Source of the DNA: Methylococcaceae bacterium UBA2780
GTDB taxonomy: Bacteria; Pseudomonadota; Gammaproteobacteria; Methylococcales; UBA2780
Length of the DNA: 64,000 bases
Assembly (NCBI GenBank): GCA_002352345.1
Contig: DEIG01000009.1
Coordinates: 7,573 to 71,572 of the forward strand
Direction: 5' to 3'
In this document: positions 26,432-36,320 of the stretch, in pieces
Numbering within the stretch: the stretch's first letter is position 1
How the letters are laid out: every line of letters begins with the position of its first letter
Program-made: the position numbers and the translations under genes
Notes under the pieces: generated by a model
Told to the model about the DNA's origin: nothing
Database searches by the model: none
The model's input: the letters and a program-made list of their open reading frames with translations, nothing else

Positions 26432-26962
26432 TTAGGCCATTTTCTTGTATGTTATTGCTCCGCCTACAGCCACCGCAACGGCAAGAAGAATCCAAACTGG
26501 AAAGCCTCCACCCATGCCGACAGCAAATGGGAAGCGTGAAACAATTTCCTCATCACCATCTTTGATAGTAACGATACCTACAAACTTACCTTCTTTAGGA
26601 AAGCGATGCTCAAAACTAATGTTACCAGTTGGATATACTTTGAATGGCATATGTAAAATCGTATTCGCATCCGTCGCTTCAGCTTCTGCCTCACCTTCAA
26701 TAACCCTAATTTCTGTTGGGAAATTTTTCATTTTTCGATCCATTGCATCCATTGCGACAATGGTTAGACCTGTTGAAGGGATATCTTCACAAAACTCTTT
26801 TGTTGCTGAACTGTCTGGTTGGTAACCAGTGAAATGCATTTTATATGCACCAATTGTTAGGATGCATAAATCCTTATCTGCTGATAAACCTCCATGAGCA
26901 CTTGCTGTCGTCGAAAAAAAGAAGAGTCCGAACAATAATGCAGCAATCGTTTTATTAAGCAT
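26432..26962 (-). CDS. PmoD/AmoD-like periplasmic protein with C-terminal TM anchor
   Basis: Immediately downstream of pmoB. Signal peptide ending ASA|HGG, about 125-aa soluble domain with C33-x8-M42-H43, Gly-rich linker and one C-terminal TM helix (FPVWILLAVAVAVGGAI). Assigned by position and architecture, not by a search. Confidence 0.55.
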   Translation of the reverse strand: MLNKTIAALLFGLFFFSTTASAHGGLSADKDLCILTIGAYKMHFTGYQPDSSATKEFCEDIPSTGLTIVAMDAMDRKMKNFPTEIRVIEGEAEAEATDANTILHMPFKVYPTGNISFEHRFPKEGKFVGIVTIKDGDEEIVSRFPFAVGMGGGFPVWILLAVAVAVGGAITYKKMA

Positions 26963-27008
26963 AAATCCTCCAAATTAGAATATAGTTATATTTTACTTCT
27001 TTCAGGAA

Positions 27009-27048
27009 TAAAAAAACCCCGCTCGATTAATATATAAATCGAGCGGGG
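27009..27048 (-). terminator. rho-independent terminator after pmoB
   Basis: 12-bp stem ccccgctcgatt/aatcgagcgggg (27017-27028 / 27037-27048), followed on the minus strand by T6. Lies 21 nt after the pmoB stop. Confidence 0.85.
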
Positions 27049-27068
27049 TTCTGTCTAGCTAAATATTC

Positions 27069-28307
27069 TTACTGGAATGTAGGAATAATTGGGCCAGAAA
27101 TTTCTTCCATATAGGTTTTGCCATCAGCGCCTTGGAAGTATAGAACTCCACCAAAAGCACTATCAGGATCACCAATAAGACTTGAAAGTCTTTCTGTTTC
27201 CCATAAAGCGTCACTCGCTTCAATTTCTAAACGCGCAGTTTCACCCGGATAGATAGTTGGTTCACCTTGAACATTCAAACCATCTTTAGCCCAAAGTTCA
27301 GCACTGTCTGTTTTAGCTAGCGTTGGAATCAAGCTATTAGTAAAACGAACGTTAGCTGAGTTGAACTCCGCAAGTTTGATTGGTGTTGCAGAACCGTTAG
27401 TTATATCCAATGTCATTGTCATTGAACGACCTGGAATTCTGTAGTTAGCTTTAAGGATCTTAGCTTTTACTGCAGAGTTCTGAGGTGTTACAGGCAGTGC
27501 TTCAACGGGAATGATCGCACTTTGCAGTGGAATCTGAACAGGATACTGCTCTTTTGCTGAATTAGAGCTCATTGTAACCAGAACGATCGTACCAATAAGA
27601 AGTGCAATACCAACTTTCTTATCTGTTGACGTGATCAATGCATCTTCTTCACCATTCTGCACCATTAAGAAGCGTGGAATGAACAGAGGACGACGCACCC
27701 AATATAGAACCCAGAAAAGTGCTGGAATAGCCCAAATAATGTGCCATTTAACAACATTCGCAAAGCCATATGTATTTAGGTCGATTGCTTCACCAGTCAA
27801 AGTCGTCACAGGGTATGTAAAGTCTTCGTAAACACCTTCGATTAGTGTCCACTGCCCTGGACCAACTAGGCCACCAGCACTCTGCACATTAAGCATAGGA
27901 TGGATATGCGCCTCACCAGGCTTACGTCCACGAACAATAACTTTATATTCGTAGGTTTTTCCTAGTTCAAGCTTAAATGATTTAGCAGCTGGAACGCCGT
28001 TCAACCAAGTTTCAACTTTTGCTACAGCAGGACCTGGCTCAGCAACGTGAAGATAGGCAACATCAGGCTTCATGATAACTTCTGGCCATGCTTCCGCCAA
28101 AAGGAATTTACCTGTAATAGTCATCTCTTCATTAACAGCAACTCTGTTTGTTGAAAAGTTAGTGTCATACCAGTGAACGGTACGCATACGGAGAAAAGGC
28201 TCCTGCGAACGTTCCCCATGAGCACCCGCTTGAGGTGCATACAATGCTGTCAATGAAGTGACAATAACCGCCACTCCACCTAGCAATGAGATAATTTTAT
28301 TTTTCAT
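27069..28307 (-). CDS. pmoB: copper membrane monooxygenase subunit B (PmoB/AmoB family)
   Basis: Signal peptide then mature N-terminus HGERSQEPFLRMRTVHWYD. HIHPMLNV (HxH Cu-B ligands). Two central TM helices and a C-terminal cupredoxin domain. 412 aa. Confidence 0.93.
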   Translation of the reverse strand: MKNKIISLLGGVAVIVTSLTALYAPQAGAHGERSQEPFLRMRTVHWYDTNFSTNRVAVNEEMTITGKFLLAEAWPEVIMKPDVAYLHVAEPGPAVAKVETWLNGVPAAKSFKLELGKTYEYKVIVRGRKPGEAHIHPMLNVQSAGGLVGPGQWTLIEGVYEDFTYPVTTLTGEAIDLNTYGFANVVKWHIIWAIPALFWVLYWVRRPLFIPRFLMVQNGEEDALITSTDKKVGIALLIGTIVLVTMSSNSAKEQYPVQIPLQSAIIPVEALPVTPQNSAVKAKILKANYRIPGRSMTMTLDITNGSATPIKLAEFNSANVRFTNSLIPTLAKTDSAELWAKDGLNVQGEPTIYPGETARLEIEASDALWETERLSSLIGDPDSAFGGVLYFQGADGKTYMEEISGPIIPTFQ

Positions 28308-28355
28308 CTAATTAATTCCTCGGTAATCGTTATTAATTTACCTTGGTGCACCTTG

Positions 28356-29144
28356 TTAGGCGCGAACCTTAGCTGCTTTATCGAAGATGCTCTTCATCCA
28401 GCGCATTTTTGCGCCGACAGCACCTAGTTTCCACCATGCTGTATACATAATCATGCAGATAAATGCAGCGAAGAAAGAGGCGATCAATGCAGATTCACCA
28501 CCGAATGTACGTAGTGTTCCACGTTCAATCATTCTTAGGTATTCAGGTGTCGCTGTTCTAACGAATGCGTAGCCAACCATATCAGCAACTGACATCAGCT
28601 GACCCATGTGCTCAACTGGAACATGGTAAGGAGCAAGAATAACGATATTTTGCGCATAGAAAAGTAGCGCAAACAGTGGAGCACCAACAATAGCAGTTGC
28701 GACCCAATTCTTCGTCAACATAAGGACAGCATCAAGAACTAAAGCGCTCGCAATAAGCATCGCAGGCCAAGTTAGCGTAGCTGGAAAACCAGACCATATT
28801 GTAAAACCCCAGTAACGGTTCATCCACTCACCAAATAGCAGTGCAACGATACATAATGTCGCGCCAAGTGGAACCCTAAAGTATTCCCATAGTACATATT
28901 GAATAGCAGCAGGGAACGTAATCGCTACGATTGGTGTAATTGTGATCCAGAAACGTCTATCTTTCCAATCCACCCAAAAATCCCAGTCACCCGCGAGCAA
29001 CATAAAGTGAATGTGAAATGCGCCAGTAATGGCTAAAAACAATATAGGCACAAGCAGCAAGTCAAACTTTCTTGACATACCCGCCATAACAGGTGATAAA
29101 TCACCCGCTGATTTCGCGCCTACAGATTGAGCTGTTGCACTCAT
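28356..29144 (-). CDS. pmoA: copper membrane monooxygenase subunit A (PmoA/AmoA family)
   Basis: HIHFMLLAGDWDFWVDWKDRRFWITITPIV, GEWMNRYW, TPEYLRMIERGTLRTFG. AGGAG SD. 262 aa, about 15 aa longer than the canonical proteins I recall. Confidence 0.93.
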   Translation of the reverse strand: MSATAQSVGAKSAGDLSPVMAGMSRKFDLLLVPILFLAITGAFHIHFMLLAGDWDFWVDWKDRRFWITITPIVAITFPAAIQYVLWEYFRVPLGATLCIVALLFGEWMNRYWGFTIWSGFPATLTWPAMLIASALVLDAVLMLTKNWVATAIVGAPLFALLFYAQNIVILAPYHVPVEHMGQLMSVADMVGYAFVRTATPEYLRMIERGTLRTFGGESALIASFFAAFICMIMYTAWWKLGAVGAKMRWMKSIFDKAAKVRA

Positions 29145-29218
29145 AACTGCCTCCTAACAAAGAATTTATATTTAAATTTAATCCCATCAACCAAAGTCAA
29201 TTCGGTCGAGGGGAATTG

Positions 29219-29248
29219 AGTATACGACCATTCCATCACGTGTTGCAA
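29219..29248 (-). promoter_or_regulatory. candidate internal sigma70 promoter for pmoA-pmoB
   Basis: Minus strand reads TTGCAA (29248-29243), 18 nt, TATACT (29224-29219). Lies about 75 nt upstream of the pmoA ATG and downstream of the pmoC terminator. Confidence 0.4.
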
Positions 29249-29451
29249 GGGTTTCGGAGCAATAAACCATATAATTAAACCGCTTTTTTACCCCTTAAAC
29301 TATTGACTTTTATTTTTTCTGCATTCCAATCAATTTCTGCTCTTCACAGAACTTCTTTTCATTACTGAAATCCCATTGCCATTCCAGATGAATTTTCTTG
29401 ATCCAGTAATTTACTTCCACACCTCTATTATTCTTTTGCTTTAAATTTTAC

Positions 29452-29485
29452 AAAAAAAATGCCGGAGGTTTTCACCTCCGGCATT
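29452..29485 (-). terminator. strong rho-independent terminator between pmoC and pmoA
   Basis: 12-bp stem aatgccggaggt/acctccggcatt (29458-29469 / 29474-29485), 4-nt loop, then T8 on the minus strand. Lies 46 nt after the pmoC stop. Confidence 0.85.
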
Positions 29486-29530
29486 TTGAGCCATATTTAA
29501 CGCTTAGAACTTACACTCTAATGCTAAATA

Positions 29531-30361
29531 TTATTTACCATACATATCACAGTATTCCATTGACTCATCTCTTAGTGGCATAACTTCTCCACCTTTTCCG
29601 TCGCTAGACATTTTCATCAATACAGCCATACGAATAGCAACTTGAAGAGCCAAACCAGCCAACATAAGTACTGTCCACCCTAGAACAACGAAGCCCCAGT
29701 GTAGTGGCGCAGTGAAGTACTCTTCCATTAGCCAGAAAGCATGTCCCCATTCGTTGTAGCCAACGTTTGGAAGAATCATGAAAGGACCAACAACTGCGAA
29801 CAGGTATGGGATTGAGATTTTAGATGCGAAATCAGGAAGTCTTGTTCTCGCATAGATAAAACCAGCAACACCAATCATGATGTAAACAGGCATTGTGCCG
29901 TAGAACAATACAATGTGGCTTGGTGTAAAGCTTGTATCACGTACCACTACCTGATGCCATGAAGCATCCTGCTCAGCGAAAAAGCTCGCTGCCCAGTAAA
30001 CTGCCATCGCATAAACAAAGATCCAACCGATCAAAGTGAAATAACGTTTCAACTCTTCATCAGCTGAAATATTGAAAACGTTTAAGTCACGCGTCTTCCA
30101 CATGTAAGACCAAAGCAATACACAACCCGCTGCTTCAAGTGTTACTTCCCAGTAGAAAAGTGACATCCAGTACTCGTCAAAAATTGGATCAGTTGAATCA
30201 AGACCCGCATACCATGCAGCCCACTGCTGATAAACACGAAGAGACACCACATAGATCAAATAGACAGCTGTCGCCATCCACGCGTATTTTAAGTTGCCGT
30301 AGACATTAACCGAGGGCTTCGCTCCCGATTTAGCTGCGACATCATGTGTAGTTGTAGCCAT
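29531..30361 (-). CDS. pmoC: copper membrane monooxygenase subunit C (PmoC/AmoC family)
   Basis: FAEQDASWHQVVVRDTSFTPSHIV (D-x3-H-x12-H site) and NEWGHAFWLMEEYFTAPLHW (N-x3-H-x13-H site). About 6 TM segments. AGGAG SD. Confidence 0.93.
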   Translation of the reverse strand: MATTTHDVAAKSGAKPSVNVYGNLKYAWMATAVYLIYVVSLRVYQQWAAWYAGLDSTDPIFDEYWMSLFYWEVTLEAAGCVLLWSYMWKTRDLNVFNISADEELKRYFTLIGWIFVYAMAVYWAASFFAEQDASWHQVVVRDTSFTPSHIVLFYGTMPVYIMIGVAGFIYARTRLPDFASKISIPYLFAVVGPFMILPNVGYNEWGHAFWLMEEYFTAPLHWGFVVLGWTVLMLAGLALQVAIRMAVLMKMSSDGKGGEVMPLRDESMEYCDMYGK

Positions 30362-30614
30362 AATGTTAACTCCTAAAAATTATAAGCACATAGCGGGCAA
30401 CATGCCCACCACCTTTGCCTCCACCATTCGAAATTTGGTGGATATGAGACATAAGCTATCACAAAGCATTTCCTGCCTCAAGCTTTGTTTAACTTTCCTT
30501 ACACAGCAATTTCCGACTAACAGCCCTCTCTCTCCCAATTTAAATTACATTTTTGATACTCTATCTAAACGCATCTATTATTAAAGTAGGTTTTTTGCCG
30601 CCAATTCAAACAAT

Positions 30615-32021
30615 ATGAGATTGACCAGTCTATTTATCTTTTTGGGTTCATCCCTTCTTCTCAGCTGCACACAGCAAGAGACAACCCTTATTGAGAGAAT
30701 CAAAAAATCTGGTGAACTTCGCATCATAACCCGCTACAGCCCTACTACCTATTTTGAAGGGCCTGAGGGACATGCCGGCATTGAGCACGACCTCGCCCAA
30801 CTTTTTGCAACCCGGCTGGGTGTTGACGCTAATTTTATTCTTCCTGAAAACTTCAACCAATTACTGTCACTTATTTCCGAAGGTGAAGCTGATATCGCCG
30901 CCGCAGGTATTACCGTTACAGAAAAAAGAAAACACTGGATGCGTTTTGCTCCCGCCTACCAAGAGATAACTGAGCAACTCATTTACCGTAGCGGCACCCG
31001 CCGCCCTAAAAATATTGATGATTTGTCTGAAGGAATACTTGAAGTCCTGCATGGCTCAAGTCACATTGAAACCCTGTCAACCCACAGACAAAATCACTTT
31101 GATCTCCAATGGCTCACCAGTGACACTTTAAGCTCTGATGAACTTATCGAGCTAGTTGACCTTCAACTCATTGATTATACCGTTGCAGACTCCAACCAGT
31201 TCACCTTATATAGACAGCTTTACCCTAAACTCCATGTGGCTTTCGATATCAGCAAACCTCGCAAGCTTGCTTGGGCGCTAAATAAATCTGAAGACTCCAC
31301 TCTTTACGATGAAGTAACTAAATTCTTTGAAGAGATCAAAGACAATGGCGTCTTAGAACGCCTTATCGAGAAAAATTTTGGTCACGCCAAAACATTCAAT
31401 TATGTCGGCAACTGTACTTTTCGACGCCACATCAAACAACGCCTACCCGCATTACGACCCTTTTTTGAAGCTGCCGCGCAACAATACAACCTGGATTGGC
31501 GACTTCTTGCTGCAATTGGCTATCAAGAATCACACTGGAACCCCAAAGCAGTTTCACCAACTGGTGTTCGTGGCATTATGATGTTGACACAAGGCACCGC
31601 AAAACAGCTTAAAGTCAAAAATCGTTTAGACCCTAAAGAGAGCATATTTGGTGGCGCTCAATATTTTTCCCAGCGCATTAAAAAGATGCCAGAGCGCATT
31701 CCTGAACCCGACCGATCTTGGATGGCTTTAGCCGCTTACAACATTGGGTTTGGCCATTTAGAAGACGCTAGGATTTTAACCGAACAACAAAAAGGAGACC
31801 CCGACAGCTGGCTCGACATCAGACAGAAACTACCCCTGTTAAGCCAGAAAAAATGGTACAAAAAAACAAAGCATGGTTATGCTAGAGGCCGCGAACCCGT
31901 TATCTACGTCAAAAACATTCGCAACTACTACGACCTGCTTGTCTGGTTAACCAAAGAAGAACAGGTCGAGACTGACTCCACTGAGCCCCTAGCTCTAGAG
32001 AAAGAGGTCCCCGCTTTATAA
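30615..32021 (+). CDS. mltF: membrane-bound lytic murein transglycosylase F
   Basis: Lipoprotein-like signal (LLLSC). N-terminal solute-binding-like domain. C-terminal SLT domain (GYQESHWNPKAVSPTGVRGIMMLT...AAYNIGFGH). Confidence 0.88.
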   Translation: MRLTSLFIFLGSSLLLSCTQQETTLIERIKKSGELRIITRYSPTTYFEGPEGHAGIEHDLAQLFATRLGVDANFILPENFNQLLSLISEGEADIAAAGITVTEKRKHWMRFAPAYQEITEQLIYRSGTRRPKNIDDLSEGILEVLHGSSHIETLSTHRQNHFDLQWLTSDTLSSDELIELVDLQLIDYTVADSNQFTLYRQLYPKLHVAFDISKPRKLAWALNKSEDSTLYDEVTKFFEEIKDNGVLERLIEKNFGHAKTFNYVGNCTFRRHIKQRLPALRPFFEAAAQQYNLDWRLLAAIGYQESHWNPKAVSPTGVRGIMMLTQGTAKQLKVKNRLDPKESIFGGAQYFSQRIKKMPERIPEPDRSWMALAAYNIGFGHLEDARILTEQQKGDPDSWLDIRQKLPLLSQKKWYKKTKHGYARGREPVIYVKNIRNYYDLLVWLTKEEQVETDSTEPLALEKEVPAL

Positions 32022-32025
32022 CAAC

Positions 32026-32529
32026 CTATTTTCTGCGCTTTTTTGCAAAAAATAATTTCAGCAGTTCGCCACACTCATCAGCCAGCACCCCGCCTTCTGT
32101 TTCAACATGATGATTAAGAAATGCGGCATTAGATAATGAGAGAATGCTTCCTGCTGCACCTCGAGCAGGATCACTTGCACCAAACACAAGCCTTTTGATT
32201 CGTGCATTTGCAATCGCCCCCATGCACATCACGCATGGCTCCAGAGTGACATAAAGTGTTGTCTCAATCAGCCGATAATTTTCAGCCGCCTGCCCCGCAT
32301 CTCGCAAAGCGTTAATTTCAGCATGCGCAGAAGGATCATGCCTCAGGATTGGCTGATTCCAACCTTCACCCACACAAACCCCCTCTTTTACTAACAAAGC
32401 GCCAACAGGGACCTCGCCCTGCTGCTCTGCTTTTTGAGCCAAAGTGATTGCTCGCTGCATCCACTCCAGATCCGATCTCACCAGACTATTCCCACTCGAT
32501 GGTCGCAGGCGGCTTACCGGAAATGTCAT
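32026..32529 (-). CDS. tadA: tRNA adenosine(34) deaminase
   Basis: HAEINALR and [11 protein letters not shown] (CDA zinc motifs). The track start overlaps guaA by 44 nt; an alternative GTG at 32481 is possible. Confidence 0.88.
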   Translation of the reverse strand: MTFPVSRLRPSSGNSLVRSDLEWMQRAITLAQKAEQQGEVPVGALLVKEGVCVGEGWNQPILRHDPSAHAEINALRDAGQAAENYRLIETTLYVTLEPCVMCMGAIANARIKRLVFGASDPARGAAGSILSLSNAAFLNHHVETEGGVLADECGELLKLFFAKKRRK

Positions 32530-34063
32530 AGGTTACACGGGAAACCCCTTCGATTTCGTTAATAATACGATTCGAAACGAGGCCTAAAAAATCATAGGGG
32601 AGGTGCGCCCATCGAGCCGTCATAAAATCAATTGTCTCCACGGCACGTAACGAAACAACATAGTCATACCGGCGCCCATCGCCCATTACGCCAACTGATT
32701 TAATTGGTAAAAAGACAACAAATGCCTGGCTCGTTTTGTCGTACAGGTTATGTTTATAAAGTTCATCGATAAAAATCTTATCGGCTTTACGCAGCAAGTC
32801 TGCATATTCCTTTTTAACCTCACCAAGAATACGAACACCCAAACCCGGGCCAGGGAATGGGTGGCGATAAACCATATCGCGTGGAAGCCCAAGCTCAACA
32901 CCGAGCTTACGAACCTCATCTTTAAACAGCTCTCTTAGGGGCTCCAACAAATCAAGCTTCATATGATCCGGTAACCCACCAACATTATGATGCGTTTTAA
33001 TCACCTGAGCTTTGCCTGTTTTCGCCGCGGCAGATTCGATCACATCAGGGTAGATCGTCCCCTGCGCCAACCATTTAACGTTGGTGAGTTTATTTGATTC
33101 TTCTTCAAAAACCTCAACAAAAACTCGCCCAATAATACGGCGCTTAGCCTCCGGCTCACTCTCACCAGCCAGCTGATCCAGAAAGCGCTTCTCTGCATCA
33201 ACACGAATCACTTTTAGACCCATGTGCTTAGCAAACATCGCCATCACTTGATCACCTTCATTTTCACGAAGAAGGCCGTTGTCGACAAAAACGCACGTTA
33301 ATTGGTCACCAATCGCTCTATGTAGAAGCGCAGCTACAACTGACGAGTCCACTCCACCCGATAATCCAAGCAAAACCTCATCATCACCCACCTTCTCACG
33401 GACCATAGCAATGCTATCTTCGATAATTTTTGCTGACGTCCATAATGCATCACAACCGCATATCTCTGTCAGAAACCGCTTAATAATTCGTTGACCTTGT
33501 ACGGTGTGCGTCACTTCCGGGTGAAACTGCACACCATAAAAATGGCGCTCTTCATCGGCCATCCCTGCAAATGGTGCACTATCGGTACTCGCTATCACCT
33601 TGAAACCTTCCGGCAGCTCTGCAACTCGGTCGCCATGACTCATCCAAACATCAAGAAGACCATAACCCTCTTCGGTTGTATGGTCTTCTATATCTCGCAA
33701 CAGCTCAGAGTGACCTCGCGCACGAATTTGCGCATAGCCAAACTCGCGATGCGACGAGGATTCAACCTTTCCGCCCAGCTGCATCGCCATAGTCTGCATT
33801 CCATAGCAGATACCTAACACGGGAACACCAAACTCAAATACAGCGTGCGGCACAACAGGAGCTGAATCGCCAATTGTCGAATCAGGCCCACCAGAAAGAA
33901 TAATGCCTTTAGGCGAAAACTCTTTAAGCTCATCCTCACTTATTTCCGGATCTCTCAACTCACAATAAACACCTGCTTCGCGGATACGACGGGCAATTAG
34001 TTGCGTGTATTGCGAACCAAAATCGAGAATAAGGATTCTGTGGTCGTGGATATTGCTACTCAT
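32486..34063 (-). CDS. guaA: glutamine-hydrolyzing GMP synthase
   Basis: [36 protein letters not shown], ...KPPATIEWE. The start was trimmed to the ATG at 34063 (MSSNIHDH...). Confidence 0.95.
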   Translation of the reverse strand: MSSNIHDHRILILDFGSQYTQLIARRIREAGVYCELRDPEISEDELKEFSPKGIILSGGPDSTIGDSAPVVPHAVFEFGVPVLGICYGMQTMAMQLGGKVESSSHREFGYAQIRARGHSELLRDIEDHTTEEGYGLLDVWMSHGDRVAELPEGFKVIASTDSAPFAGMADEERHFYGVQFHPEVTHTVQGQRIIKRFLTEICGCDALWTSAKIIEDSIAMVREKVGDDEVLLGLSGGVDSSVVAALLHRAIGDQLTCVFVDNGLLRENEGDQVMAMFAKHMGLKVIRVDAEKRFLDQLAGESEPEAKRRIIGRVFVEVFEEESNKLTNVKWLAQGTIYPDVIESAAAKTGKAQVIKTHHNVGGLPDHMKLDLLEPLRELFKDEVRKLGVELGLPRDMVYRHPFPGPGLGVRILGEVKKEYADLLRKADKIFIDELYKHNLYDKTSQAFVVFLPIKSVGVMGDGRRYDYVVSLRAVETIDFMTARWAHLPYDFLGLVSNRIINEIEGVSRVTYDISGKPPATIEWE

Positions 34064-34143
34064 AAGATTCTCTGGAATTAAATTTTCAAAAAACAAAGCC
34101 CGCACCACATCGCTGCAGCACGGGCTATTTGCGAGGCTAAAAT

Positions 34144-35625
<1,482 letters not shown>

Positions 35626-35642
35626 TTAAAAAATAACAGGGG

Positions 35643-35671
35643 ATTATACCTCCGAAGCGTAAATATGGTAA
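35643..35671 (-). promoter_or_regulatory. candidate sigma70 promoter of guaBA
   Basis: Minus strand reads TTACCA (35671-35666), 17 nt, TATAAT (35648-35643). Lies about 33 nt upstream of the guaB ATG. Confidence 0.45.
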
Positions 35672-35687
35672 ATGGCCGCCCGAGCTT

Positions 35688-36320
35688 TCAGCGAAGTTTT
35701 CTCTGCAGCCCCTCTTCCAGCACCCGATCCCTATACTCCTGGCTCGGCTTGTCAAGGAGAACACCACTAAAGCTTCCCACACCACCTCTTTGAGACTTTT
35801 CATTCCTAACAACTAAACCGGCCATCTCAAAAACATCACCACCAGGAAACTCAACCTTTAATGAGACTTTTTTATTAACACCAAATCTTTTGCCGCAAAC
35901 CAGTCCTATCCCATTCACACTAAAATCCAGCAAGCAGGCTCTTTTTAGCTCTGACCACTCAAAAAAACCAACTGGTTTAACAAAAACTCTAACCTCACTT
36001 GCTGTATAGCGTGCTGCGGCTCTGTTTTCACTACTCTCAACGGATTGTATTGGTGGCTTAACACGATCCCAGCCGTGATGAATCATCGTGTCATGCCCAC
36101 TTCCCTCAACAAGCTCCAGCGCCTCGCACCCAACAAGGTCAATTTCAATAAACCCTTCAGGCGAAATCTGCTCAGCCTTCATATGCTTTCGGTCTAGGCG
36201 GTCAAACAGGGGTTTCTTCTCGTCCATATGCGAGGATTCATCTGCCGACACAAGATAAGGCGAGAACTTTACTCCAGCACCTCTATTCTTTTTTAGCTGA
36301 ACAATTTTATCTTTTTTCAC
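35688..36320 (-). CDS. PilZ domain protein with unknown N-terminal domain
   Basis: C-terminal RAAARY (RxxxR), then about 30 aa, then DFSVNGIG (DxSxxG). I do not recognise the N-terminal ~110 aa. Confidence 0.65.
   Translation of the reverse strand: MKKDKIVQLKKNRGAGVKFSPYLVSADESSHMDEKKPLFDRLDRKHMKAEQISPEGFIEIDLVGCEALELVEGSGHDTMIHHGWDRVKPPIQSVESSENRAAARYTASEVRVFVKPVGFFEWSELKRACLLDFSVNGIGLVCGKRFGVNKKVSLKVEFPGGDVFEMAGLVVRNEKSQRGGVGSFSGVLLDKPSQEYRDRVLEEGLQRKLR

Noticed and set aside
30379-30412. Possible sigma54 (-24/-12) promoter gGGCATgttgcccGCt, and a TATAAT immediately upstream of pmoC
   Set aside because: GG-N10-GC spacing can be forced, but the -12 element is CCGC rather than TTGC and the T before GG is missing. 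The TATAAT has no -35 and would leave a leader of only about 10 nt. Neither is well enough supported to call.
30363-30584. 73-aa plus-strand ORF in the pmoC upstream region
   Set aside because: Its ATG overlaps the pmoC start codon on the other strand. It has no SD and no recognisable motif. The region is better explained as the pmoC leader/promoter.
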